A stretch of DNA of 50,503 nucleotides, counting the filler, from Jimgerdemannia flammicorona (Eukaryota), in NCBI GenBank assembly GCA_003990765.1. It is 2 parts of 2 records of this genome, joined end to end, with 100 filler letters (N's around TTAATTAATTAA, not from the genome) between each part and the next. Parts side by side here need not be neighbours in the genome. Positions count along the whole stretch, not along the records: positions 25,306 to 50,503 come from RBNJ01000867.1; 1 more part is not named here. The stretch is one strand, 5' to 3'. The notes below the pieces were generated by a model that saw nothing but the letters and a program-made list of their open reading frames with translations, was not told the DNA's origin and searched no databases. Shown in pieces: positions 50,236 through 50,503 of this stretch; position 1 is the first letter of the stretch; each line of letters starts with the position of its first letter. The translations under genes were made by a program, and so were the position numbers.

Positions 50236-50503
50236 TCCAAAACTATAACAATACTTAAAAAAATATATTTTTTAGCTGAAATACTTATCCAATTAAATCT
50301 AAATAATTGCCATTGATGGAAGAGTATATCAGCTTTCAAACTATGTTTTTTTTTTTTTTTTTTTTTTGGACATATATAGTATTTAATATGACCATTTAAG
50401 GTTATATAGTGAATTGTTATAGTTTTGACTATTTTCCCAATATTACTCTTTCTAAATCTGTGCCTTTACCCAGGATAATATTAAAAAGGCCAAATTTTAA
50501 AGG

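Overview
Eukaryotic, transposon-saturated, strongly CpG-depleted window. It is most likely from an early-diverging fungus (Mucoromycota/Glomeromycotina-like; inference from the intron-rich host gene and the TE types). Most of it is nested, degenerate mobile DNA. (1) Two families of Ty3/gypsy chromoviruses, both with a dUTPase between the Gag zinc knuckle and the protease: family A at 2716-7063 and 13013-19030, family B at 7064-11118 and 31837-42412, plus a solo LTR and an LTR fragment. (2) A third LTR/gag stub. (3) A near full-length L1/Tx1-type LINE (25306-31836) and several LINE fragments. (4) A BED-finger hAT transposase pseudogene with a divergent companion gene and twin palindromes. (5) A CACTA-like MITE in an intron. 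(6) One spliced host gene with a PD-(D/E)xK-like domain. A 100-bp artificial scaffold linker (25206-25305) breaks contiguity. Two observations are the most unusual. Family-B LTRs are ~2 kb and carry a ~365-codon ORF in U3, which a sister LTR replaces with an unrelated cassette. A ~1.2-kb non-coding retroelement (two copies, one with a 14-bp TSD) consists of the LINE's whole 5' UTR fused to an unrelated 3' half and a poly(A) tail. All calls come from manual reading; no database searches were run.
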